Assembly: GCA_965371515.1 (NCBI GenBank)
Contig: CBDUYR010000059.1
Coordinates: 1 to 14,936, forward strand
Length of the DNA stretch: 14,936 bases
Direction: 5' to 3'
Origin: an uncultured bacterium
GTDB taxonomy: Bacteria; Krumholzibacteriota; Krumholzibacteriia; Krumholzibacteriales; Krumholzibacteriaceae
Every line of letters begins with the position of its first letter. Position 1 is the stretch's first letter. Position numbers and translations under genes: made by a program. Below the pieces are notes generated by a model, which was not told the origin of the DNA, searched no databases, and saw nothing but the letters and a program-made list of their open reading frames with translations. Shown here in pieces: positions 8,170-14,936 of this stretch.

Positions 8170-8295
8170 TCAATCTGCACCTCTCGTCGCTAAAAAAAAT
8201 GCCTCCCGAACGGGAAGCATCTGATAAGGCATGCAGATTTCGCACCCGGGCTTGCCGGGTCGCGGAGCGATGGGATTGTTGTAAGCTCTCTCCAT
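8170..8295 (-). CDS. putative 41-aa leader peptide (uORF) MERAYNNPIAPRPGKPGCEICMPYQMLPVREAFFLATRGAD
   Basis: Open frame from ATG 8295 to TGA 8172-8170, stopping 2 nt before the Zn-ribbon ATG. SD is weak (ACAGGT directly before ATG); translation is unproven. Confidence 0.3.
   Translation of the reverse strand: MERAYNNPIAPRPGKPGCEICMPYQMLPVREAFFLATRGAD
8192..8220 (-). terminator. intrinsic terminator inside the 5' leader of the Zn-ribbon gene
   Basis: AUGCUUCCC-GUUC-GGGAGGCAU hairpin running into a U8 tract that ends 24 nt upstream of the Zn-ribbon start. Confidence 0.85.
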
Positions 8296-8308
8296 ACCTG
8301 TCGTTTCT

Positions 8309-8321
8309 TTTTCAAAGATCA
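8309..8321 (-). promoter_or_regulatory. boxA-like (NusB/NusE-binding) element
   Basis: TGATCTTTGAAAA shortly after the predicted TSS; resembles rrn boxA (E. coli TGCTCTTTAACA; TCTTTGAAAA form in many other bacteria). Confidence 0.55.
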
Positions 8322-8336
8322 GATAATGAAACGATG

Positions 8337-8365
8337 AGAATATAGGAACGCTGTGAGGCGGTCAA
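8337..8365 (-). promoter_or_regulatory. sigma70-type promoter for the leader/Zn-ribbon/rnhA unit
   Basis: TTGACC (8365-8360), 17-nt spacer, TATTCT (8342-8337), with an A-tract just upstream of -35. Confidence 0.8.
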
Positions 8366-8392
8366 GTTTTTTCTCGATAGAAATTGACTGGA

Positions 8393-9499
8393 TCACTGGT
8401 ACATAAAAACGCCGGTCTCTTCGACTGCGACAGCCTCAAGACCTGTCGTCTCGTACGAGAACTCGGTGATCGACCAGGTCGCCCCGCCGTCCGTCGTGGC
8501 CAGCACGACCGTGTAGACGACCAAGCGTCCCTCGATGACTTCTTCCCTGCCTGTGCCTGCTATCCAGCCGTTCGATGAATCGATGAAATGCACGGCACGA
8601 AGGTCGACGATCCTCTCGTCCACCGGTGCTACATCAGTCCAGGTCGCCCCGCCGTCGACGGTGTGCAGAATCGAGGTCTTGCCCACGGCGAAGACTGACA
8701 TCGCGTCGTGGACGAAGAACTCGCGGACGGTGGCCGTCTCCAACTGCATCGTCCAGGTCTTCCCGCTTTCGGTGGTCTTCATTACGGCGGCGCCGCCGGC
8801 CCATCCGGTCTCCTTGTCGTTAAACTCGATGGTGACGATCCCCCTCAGGATCGAGGCGTTCGAGCCCGGCACGGCCGACCAGGTCAGGCCGCCATCTTCG
8901 GTGGCGTATATGAGTTCGGGGTCGGAATCTGTCCACTTGCTTCCCATCAGATATGCGTTGTCCTCATCGACGACGCTCATCGACCAGGCTCCCCGGTACT
9001 CGACGATCGGCAGCCAGTTGTTTACCCAGTCGGTGCCACCGTCCTCGGTCACGAAGACTCCGTGATATCCGAGGATGAACCCTTCGGAGTCGTTGACGAA
9101 CCTGACCTCGAACAGGTCGTCCATCTCGGGATACCCGGTGAATATCTTCCTCTCCCAGGTATACCCTCCGTCATCGGAGACGTAGAGTGTGCCTTCGCGC
9201 CCGACGACCCATCCGTGCTGCGCGTCGGAGAAGTAGACTCCCCTGATGTCGAGCTCATCGATCTTCACTGGCGTCCAGGACTCTCCGCCGTCATCGGTCA
9301 CAACGGCCGTACCGAGCCGCCCAACGATCCAGCCATGGTCGGCGTCGGCGAAGTAGATGTCGTTCGCCCCGAGCAGTTCGTTCCTGATCTCCAGGGGAGG
9401 CTCGGGTGATACGGACCTGTCCTCCGAGCAGGAATGTGTCTCGAAAAGTATGAATGCGATGATCATGAGGGCGAGCAGGACGCTGCGCTTGAGTTGCAT
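8393..9499 (-). CDS. exported Ycf48/BNR (Asp-box) beta-propeller protein, possibly a lipoprotein
   Basis: Repeated F-x-D-xx-GW-x-VG...TxDGGxTW units; hydrophobic N-terminus followed by THSC. Start moved to ATG 9499 (SD AGGAG). Confidence 0.85.
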   Translation of the reverse strand: MQLKRSVLLALMIIAFILFETHSCSEDRSVSPEPPLEIRNELLGANDIYFADADHGWIVGRLGTAVVTDDGGESWTPVKIDELDIRGVYFSDAQHGWVVGREGTLYVSDDGGYTWERKIFTGYPEMDDLFEVRFVNDSEGFILGYHGVFVTEDGGTDWVNNWLPIVEYRGAWSMSVVDEDNAYLMGSKWTDSDPELIYATEDGGLTWSAVPGSNASILRGIVTIEFNDKETGWAGGAAVMKTTESGKTWTMQLETATVREFFVHDAMSVFAVGKTSILHTVDGGATWTDVAPVDERIVDLRAVHFIDSSNGWIAGTGREEVIEGRLVVYTVVLATTDGGATWSITEFSYETTGLEAVAVEETGVFMYQ

Positions 9500-9712
9500 A
9501 ATTAACTCCTGCCGTTGCAAAGTAAAGCCCTGTATTATATCGGCTTACAGCCGTCCGGCGGAGACCTGACAGCACAAGCCCTTTAATATCAGCAAGATAG
9601 CTTCCCACACTCCTTGTCATTCCGCCATAGCGGACCCGCGTGCGGGAAACAACGGGAAATCCTACGCAATCTTCAGGCCGGATAAAGAACCGGTAGAAGG
9701 CCGTGACAGTAA

Positions 9713-10174
9713 TTAAATATCCTGGGGAGCGATATGCCAGAGGAGCTTCCAGTCTCCCCCGTCCTGGTACTCGTAGCAGGAGACCTCGGCGGTCTTGAAC
9801 TCTGTGTTCCACCCGCAGACCTCGCCGCGAGTGAGTTCGCACGAGAGCAGTCCCATGAACGGCATGTGGCCGACAAGCATCGCGCCCGGCGACGAGGCGA
9901 CGTATATGTCCCATCCACCGATATCGTCGTGTGGCCGAAGGCCCTTCTCCTCCCTCACTCCTCCGGGAGGATCGAGCCTGGAGGCAAGGATCTCGGCGGT
10001 CTGCCTGGCCCTGGCCCTGCCGCTGTGGACTATGACCTCGGGGGTGACGTCCCCCAGCCGGGCGAGATGGTCGGCGACCTTTTCTATCTCCCGCATCCCC
10101 TCTTCGGACAGGGGCCGGGCAGGATCGACCGACGCGTCGACGGGTTTCGCGTGCCTGACAAGGTATGCCTTCAA
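9713..10174 (-). CDS. sixA: phosphohistidine phosphatase SixA family
   Basis: YLVRHAK, RPLSEEG, HSGRARARQTAEIL, MLVGHMP. TTG start with SD GAGG. Confidence 0.88.
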   Translation of the reverse strand: MKAYLVRHAKPVDASVDPARPLSEEGMREIEKVADHLARLGDVTPEVIVHSGRARARQTAEILASRLDPPGGVREEKGLRPHDDIGGWDIYVASSPGAMLVGHMPFMGLLSCELTRGEVCGWNTEFKTAEVSCYEYQDGGDWKLLWHIAPQDI

Positions 10175-10196
10175 ATTATTCCTCGCGCAGATGTGA

Positions 10197-10544
10197 CTAT
10201 TTCAGGAACCTGATCGTAAACGGATATCTGTAATGTTCTCCGTTGCTCGACTTGACCGCCGCGATGATCGGAAATGCAATCATCAAGACACCTACCGCCA
10301 CCAGCAGAAAAAAGCCGACAACAACGACCGTTAGTATGCCGCTTACAATAGCAGCGATTATCATCGTGATCTGGAAGTTGATCGCTTCCTTACCCTGCTC
10401 CTCTACGAAAGCATATTCGTCCTTTTTAATCAGCCAGACCACGAGTGGTCCCAGTACGAATCCTACTCCGTTGCCGATAAGTCCGCTGAGCGCTACGATG
10501 TGACACAGTGAAGCCCATTTCCGGGCATCTGCGTTCTGTTCCAT
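10197..10544 (-). CDS. DUF4870 family membrane protein
   Basis: WASLCH, GPLVVWLIKK, QGKEAINFQIT, three hydrophobic segments, G-x-x-YRYPFTIR end. Confidence 0.85.
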   Translation of the reverse strand: MEQNADARKWASLCHIVALSGLIGNGVGFVLGPLVVWLIKKDEYAFVEEQGKEAINFQITMIIAAIVSGILTVVVVGFFLLVAVGVLMIAFPIIAAVKSSNGEHYRYPFTIRFLK

Positions 10545-10562
10545 CTTTCATCCCCCCTGTCC

Positions 10563-10931
10563 CTATCTGCCGGGAACCGATTTGAAATATGCTTCTTTTT
10601 CCATGTCTCTTATCTCTACGGTTATCTGCAGGGAAAGTTCGCCGGCGGAGAGTGAAAAATACTCTTCGAGGTACTCGATGCAGTCTTCGCCGATCCGCCG
10701 CTTCACATCGAGAGTCCTCCCGGAGAAGATCCCGACATCGAGATGCACGAAGGCGTCCCTTTCGTCTCCCTCCCCGACGAGATACTCCTCTCTACGCAGC
10801 AGCCTGCTCTTGAAATTCCCAACGGGGATCTCCGCCGCCGCGGATATGACCGAGGTTATCTCGCCGAGCAGCAGGGCGCTTTCGACTTTCTGCGTGATAT
10901 TGGACGAGTATTCCAGTGATATCTGAGGCAT
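10563..10931 (-). CDS. 5-carboxymethyl-2-hydroxymuconate isomerase-like tautomerase
   Basis: N-terminal Pro (MPQISLEYSSN), KSR, AFVHLDVGIFSGRT, ITVEIRDM...YFK. Confidence 0.8.
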   Translation of the reverse strand: MPQISLEYSSNITQKVESALLLGEITSVISAAAEIPVGNFKSRLLRREEYLVGEGDERDAFVHLDVGIFSGRTLDVKRRIGEDCIEYLEEYFSLSAGELSLQITVEIRDMEKEAYFKSVPGR

Positions 10932-10962
10932 GGCAACTCCTTCCGCATGGGCAACCCCGCGG

Positions 10963-11283
10963 TCAGATATCCTCGACGAAGATTACCCGGACGAGATCGG
11001 TCAGCACTCTACCCCTGTGCCGGTGCTCCTCGCCGTCGGGGATGAAGACCCCGTCTCCAGCCTCGAAGACAACTGTCTCCGAATCGAACTCCAGCTCGAA
11101 CTTCCCATCGAGGATATAGCCGTGGTGCCCCTTGTCACACCAGTGCGGCTCCATATCAGCAGTGTACTCGACGAGGCGAACCCGTCTCTCGCCATCCGAG
11201 AAGACCTTCTGTCTCATGCCCGGGATCGGGGACTCCCATTCCAGGCCGTCGAAGTCGATTCTGTACGTGCTTGCCTTTTTCAT
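10963..11283 (-). CDS. cupin domain protein
   Basis: PHWCDKGHHGYILDG...FEAGDGVFIPDGEEHRH. Confidence 0.85.
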   Translation of the reverse strand: MKKASTYRIDFDGLEWESPIPGMRQKVFSDGERRVRLVEYTADMEPHWCDKGHHGYILDGKFELEFDSETVVFEAGDGVFIPDGEEHRHRGRVLTDLVRVIFVEDI

Positions 11284-11286
11284 GCC

Positions 11287-11550
11287 TCAGCCCTTCCAGT
11301 TCCACCACTTCTGCAGATCTGGAGGAGGATCATCGGTACTCGCGCAGTATACAGCACATCGAAATGCATACAGGACACATCGATCTATATGGGACCCTCT
11401 GATCTTTATAAGATCCTGATACATCAATTCAGGATCGGATCCTGAGAGATCATAAACTCGCTTATAGCCCAGATCCTTCAGGTCCTCAGCCAAACTCTTC
11501 CCGATGCCCGGGAGGCTGTCGAGCTTATCATCCTGAATTTGTTTAACCAT
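11287..11550 (-). CDS. helix-hairpin-helix protein, Cdd1/mitomycin-resistance-like family
   Basis: LPGIGKSLAEDL, DPELMY, DRCVLYAFRCAVY, KWWNWK. Confidence 0.82.
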   Translation of the reverse strand: MVKQIQDDKLDSLPGIGKSLAEDLKDLGYKRVYDLSGSDPELMYQDLIKIRGSHIDRCVLYAFRCAVYCASTDDPPPDLQKWWNWKG

Positions 11551-12583
11551 CTCGATTTACGTACTCTGCCTTTTCAACAGCTCTCTCTTCATTGACCAGA
11601 GTATAACTTTCGAGAAACAGATTTTCGTCAGAAATCATAGTACCAATTATATTACCTTCAGCATCACGCATATCTGTCTCAAAATGAGCATACATGCCTA
11701 AATATCCACACCTGCCATACCATAAATATACTATGTCGTTTTCTTCCAGAAACTCATTGTATATTCTGATTTTGAAACCAGTCATTCTTCCCGCCGACAG
11801 GTCAAGCACTTCATGACTCTCGACGAATGAATAAAATAATGGAGTGTCCCTGATAATCCATTCCTGCCGTGGGTGTAAAGGATATCTGAGACGTTGTATT
11901 TCATCTGGCAGGACTCCACCAGGAGGGCCACTTGTTAACATAGCTGAGTTGGCGCTGCGTCCCAATAATTCGTTTATCATGGATATTTTATTAAAATGTA
12001 TGATCCTGGCTCTTTCGATTGTTTCATTATCAATCGACTTCAAGTTATCGGCTAATTGTTTCCAGAGCGATGTCCATCGATCGCGATACGAATCTGAATT
12101 ATCATCTGAGGAGCTTATTTTATAGCGGTCCGCACCTGGAGGATTAATTATAGACACGTCAGCTTCGTATAGGCCTGCACGGTCCTGCCGATATCGGAGC
12201 CAATAAGTAGTTATTTCATCGAGGCCAATTTGAGTAATTTCCTGCTTTTCCAGAACGTACTCTCTATCGAACAACACTTCAGTGCCAACTAATGTTCTCG
12301 TCTCATTGATCAATATGCTGTATTGCTCAGAGCCTTCCATTGATATGGATGACTCACCTGTATAGGTCCAGGAATTCCCTATAGCGAGAGGAAAGTATTC
12401 ACCATGATACTGATCATTCTCGCTTGCGCCGTCACTTAATAGCGTTTCTTGTTGACTCATGACTGTGTTCTGGATCTCACCATCCACCAATCCAGTGTCA
12501 CTGATATTACAAGCCACAAAAAGTGATATAATGACTGTTGTCAGTAACCATCTACGATTTTTTATCATTCTTACGGTCTCCAT
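11543..12583 (-). CDS. putative lipoprotein of unknown function (FPLxxGxxWxY-type beta-rich protein)
   Basis: Start moved to ATG 12583 (SD AAGGAGGT). Basic N-terminus, hydrophobic core, LFVA-C lipobox; motifs YFPLAIGNSWTY, DLSAG, YLWYGRCGYLG. Confidence 0.75.
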   Translation of the reverse strand: METVRMIKNRRWLLTTVIISLFVACNISDTGLVDGEIQNTVMSQQETLLSDGASENDQYHGEYFPLAIGNSWTYTGESSISMEGSEQYSILINETRTLVGTEVLFDREYVLEKQEITQIGLDEITTYWLRYRQDRAGLYEADVSIINPPGADRYKISSSDDNSDSYRDRWTSLWKQLADNLKSIDNETIERARIIHFNKISMINELLGRSANSAMLTSGPPGGVLPDEIQRLRYPLHPRQEWIIRDTPLFYSFVESHEVLDLSAGRMTGFKIRIYNEFLEENDIVYLWYGRCGYLGMYAHFETDMRDAEGNIIGTMISDENLFLESYTLVNEERAVEKAEYVNRDG

Positions 12584-12599
12584 TGCTGACCTCCTTCTT

Positions 12600-13118
12600 T
12601 TAATTCTCCGTATTGATCTTCCTGTCATATACAGCCTTAGTCTCCATATCGCCCCTCGGCGTGTAGCGGACCGAATCGATGACAAGCTGACCTTCGCTTA
12701 TCGACCAGCTCTGAACCGACTCCATGGTGAATTCCATATCCCCTCGCTTGACGTCCATCGTTGAGACGATCTCGAGGATCTGCCCGTCCTCGAGCCATTT
12801 CGCTGTCGATTCCTGTTTCCCGGATTCTGTCTTGTTCTTCGTCTTCTTTCCTTCCAGCGAATACTTAAATTCTCTCTTGTTTTCCTTCCCGTCGCGGTCG
12901 GTGCGGATCATCGTTATGGTGAGCTTCTTGTCGTCCTGTTCAATGATCATGGTCGAGGAACGTGGAGTACGTTTTTTGCCGTCCTGCCGCTGGCCGAAAT
13001 CGCTCTTTTCCTTGTTTATCGTCCATTCACCCGAGAAATCCGTCCTCTGTTCCTGAGAACCCACTGTTACTGTTCCCAGCAACAGTGCGAATAATATCAA
13101 CAAACCCGTGTAACGCAT
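12600..13118 (-). CDS. exported protein, lipocalin-like beta-barrel (function unknown)
   Basis: Signal peptide MRYTGLLILFALLLGTVTVG followed by DFSGEWTINKEKSDFG. SD AGGAGG. Confidence 0.75.
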   Translation of the reverse strand: MRYTGLLILFALLLGTVTVGSQEQRTDFSGEWTINKEKSDFGQRQDGKKRTPRSSTMIIEQDDKKLTITMIRTDRDGKENKREFKYSLEGKKTKNKTESGKQESTAKWLEDGQILEIVSTMDVKRGDMEFTMESVQSWSISEGQLVIDSVRYTPRGDMETKAVYDRKINTEN

Positions 13119-13254
13119 CGAAGCCTCCTGAGATCTTTTAAATGTTTAAGAAAGATATCATATTGATTAAGCAGGAATCAATCTCCCAGAAAGGGATCCT
13201 GGAGTGTCTCTCTCACTTTTTCTCATCTGTATTTCTTCACTCGTGGCTGTCAGC

Positions 13255-13734
13255 TTATCGATGGATGATCTTGATTTTGCCCCAGCTGACAGCTTGTGTT
13301 GCTATAACGGAATCTACATCAAATTCTAATGTCTGAACATATGTTGTTGGATCCCTTTGTGAGTCACTATATTCCCTCACAGTCACCACATAGTGCCCGG
13401 GTTCAAGCAAACCCGGCTGACAGTGTTCTACGTAATGTACCACCATATCAAGACATACAAACCCCGGTTCCCAATCATCTACCCAATGTACATTTATTGA
13501 TATCTGGTAATCCTCAACAGACAGACATTCATGGCCGGTAAATTCCCAACATAAATCAGGTCGTGCTCCTTCGATTCTGACCACTACATGATCCAGATCT
13601 GTTGGATCAGTTGGGATTATCTGAATTTCAACTGCACAGATCTCTTTGGAGAATAGAATGAAAAACAGAAATGAGAAGAGGCGCAGAAGATATCCGGGCC
13701 GACGACAGCTTGACAAGACTCGTAGTTTGATCAT
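13255..13734 (-). CDS. exported Cys-containing hypothetical protein with C-terminal SWGKIK motif
   Basis: SD AAGGAGG, signal-peptide-like N-terminus, four Cys in the mature region, ends VIATQAVSWGKIKIIHR. Confidence 0.8.
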   Translation of the reverse strand: MIKLRVLSSCRRPGYLLRLFSFLFFILFSKEICAVEIQIIPTDPTDLDHVVVRIEGARPDLCWEFTGHECLSVEDYQISINVHWVDDWEPGFVCLDMVVHYVEHCQPGLLEPGHYVVTVREYSDSQRDPTTYVQTLEFDVDSVIATQAVSWGKIKIIHR

Positions 13735-13773
13735 CAGTCCCTCCTTATATCTTTGATTCTTACCTTCTCTAAT

Positions 13774-13802
13774 ATTATATGCACTTTTTTTGAATCTGCC
13801 AT
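13774..13802 (-). promoter_or_regulatory. possible sigma70 promoter for 13734
   Basis: ATGGCA (13802-13797), 17-nt spacer, TATAAT (13779-13774). Confidence 0.5.
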
Positions 13803-13826
13803 GTGATGAGCTCCGCCCAGAACGCC

Positions 13827-14936
13827 TCAGCGGACCAGAACCGCCTTCACTGACCGGGACTCGCCAGCGATACCACGCAGACTCAGAAAATACACCCCCG
13901 AGACCAGGTCGACACCGCTCACGTCACGTCCGTCCCACTGCGCCCGATGCCGGCCAGGCTCTACAACCCCGAGATCGACTGTCCTCACGCACCTCCCGCT
14001 CACGTCATAGACTTCCAGGCTCACTCGTCCGAACAATAGCGTCTCAAAACAAACTTCCGTGGATGGATTGAACGGGTTGGGCGAAAGGGATAGTATCTCG
14101 ATCATCGCGGCTCCGGGCACATCACCGGGCCCGGTTTCCTCGACGTCTGTTGTAGATGTGCTTCTCAAAGCCAGGCTGCGATTACCACCCCCGGCAACTG
14201 CCAGGAAGCCCTCGTTCGGTTCAGGGACGTTGCACTGGCCAAGGTCGTTCAACCGCCAGGCCACGATCGTCCCGTCGGATTTGAGACCCAGACTGTGAAA
14301 TGAGCCTCCGGCCACCGCCACGAATCCCTCGTTCGGCGAGGGAACCCAGCCAGCGTAGAAGGAGCCCCAGACCACGATCGTCCCGTCAGTCTTAAGGCCC
14401 AGGCTGTGATCCGCGCCCGCAGCGACCGACACGAAATCCTCATTCGGCTCAGGAACGTCGCACTGGCCAGAGTAGTTATTTCCCCAGGCCACGATCGTCC
14501 CGTCGGTCTTTAGCGCGAGGCTGAAATATGGACCGCTAGCAACCGCACTGAAACCCTCGTTCGGCTCAGGGATGTCGCACTGGCCTATGTCGTTGTTCCC
14601 CCAAGACACGATCGTCCCGTCGGTCTTTAGCCCCAGGCTGTGCAAATCGCCTGCAGCGATTGCAGTGAAGCCCTCGTTCGGCGCGGGAACATCGCACTGG
14701 CCGGAGACGTTCTTCCCCCAAGCCACAATCTTCCCGTCAGTCTTAAGGCCCAGGCTGTGAGACCCACCCCCGGCGACCGCCACAAAATCTTCGTTCGGTT
14801 CAGGAACGTCGCACTGCCCATAAGAGCTACCCCCCCAGCCCACAACCGTCCCGTCGGACTTTAGGCCCAGTGTGTGACCCTCACCCCCTGCGACCGCAAC
14901 GAAGCCCTCGTTCGGTACGGGGATGTCGCACTGGAC
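13827..14936 (-). CDS. RCC1/BLIP-II-repeat beta-propeller protein with C-terminal FlgD-Ig/T9SS-like domain (5' end outside window)
   Basis: Frame stays open to the right edge (VQCDIPVPNEGFVAVAGGEGHTLGLKSDG...). C-terminus SPNPFNPST...VYDVSGR-VR...WDGRD-SG...SGVYF. Confidence 0.9.
   Translation of the reverse strand, partial: VQCDIPVPNEGFVAVAGGEGHTLGLKSDGTVVGWGGSSYGQCDVPEPNEDFVAVAGGGSHSLGLKTDGKIVAWGKNVSGQCDVPAPNEGFTAIAAGDLHSLGLKTDGTIVSWGNNDIGQCDIPEPNEGFSAVASGPYFSLALKTDGTIVAWGNNYSGQCDVPEPNEDFVSVAAGADHSLGLKTDGTIVVWGSFYAGWVPSPNEGFVAVAGGSFHSLGLKSDGTIVAWRLNDLGQCNVPEPNEGFLAVAGGGNRSLALRSTSTTDVEETGPGDVPGAAMIEILSLSPNPFNPSTEVCFETLLFGRVSLEVYDVSGRCVRTVDLGVVEPGRHRAQWDGRDVSGVDLVSGVYFLSLRGIAGESRSVKAVLVR
14163..14936 (-). 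repeat. ~117-bp coding tandem repeats (39-aa RCC1/BLIP-II blades, about 6.7 visible)
   Basis: CAC(G/A)A(T/C)C-T-CCCGTC anchor recurs near 14262, 14373, 14490, 14607, 14724 and 14841 (spacing 111, then 117). Confidence 0.92.

Noticed and set aside
8168..8336. tRNA, SRP RNA or a familiar riboswitch in the Zn-ribbon leader
   Set aside because: I could not find a cloverleaf with a T-loop, an SRP domain IV motif or a known aptamer consensus. An Rfam scan is still needed.
8393..8440. Ycf48-like C-terminus AVAVEETG as a remnant of the VEETG linker seen before the FlgD domain
   Set aside because: Only a 5-residue match, and no degenerate CTD sequence follows the stop.
9291..9914. 207-aa minus-strand ORF spanning sixA and the Ycf48-like gene
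   Set aside because: It overlaps two better-supported genes out of frame and has no motifs.
9700..13830. Integron cassette array
   Set aside because: No integrase, no recurring RYYYAAC...GTTRRRY attC palindromes, and most intergenic gaps are too short.
14163..14936. Repeats as diversity-generating retroelement TR/VR
   Set aside because: No reverse transcriptase or separate template repeat is in the window, and the repeats are in-frame structural blades.

Overview
GC-rich bacterial chromosome segment in which essentially every real gene is on the minus strand. The rplM-rpsI-rpsB order, a FlgD/T9SS-like C-terminal domain and a C-terminal SWGxIK motif suggest an FCB-group organism (Latescibacterota/Krumholzibacteriota-like; inference). 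In transcription order (right to left) there is first an accessory block: an RCC1/BLIP-II-repeat exported protein with a FlgD-Ig C-terminal domain (cut by the window edge), a small exported protein ending in SWGKIK, a lipocalin-like protein, an AT-rich lipoprotein gene, a Cdd1-type HhH protein, a cupin, a CHMI-like tautomerase, DUF4870, SixA and a Ycf48/BNR beta-propeller. A housekeeping block follows: C4 Zn-ribbon protein, RNase HI, RNase P RNA (rnpB), recJ, dtd, maf, yjbQ, mtnA, then rplM-rpsI-rpsB with an S2 (t44-type) leader. rpsB is missing from the ORF track because it runs off the left edge. The most unusual signal is the ~165-nt leader of the Zn-ribbon/RNase HI operon (8168-8336), which combines a clear sigma70 promoter, a boxA-like element, a CxxC-containing 41-codon uORF, a candidate antiterminator and a strong intrinsic terminator. 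Also notable are a tandem-repeat C-terminal tail on ribosomal protein S2 and two different candidate C-terminal export signals in adjacent genes. All calls are by eye; no searches were run.
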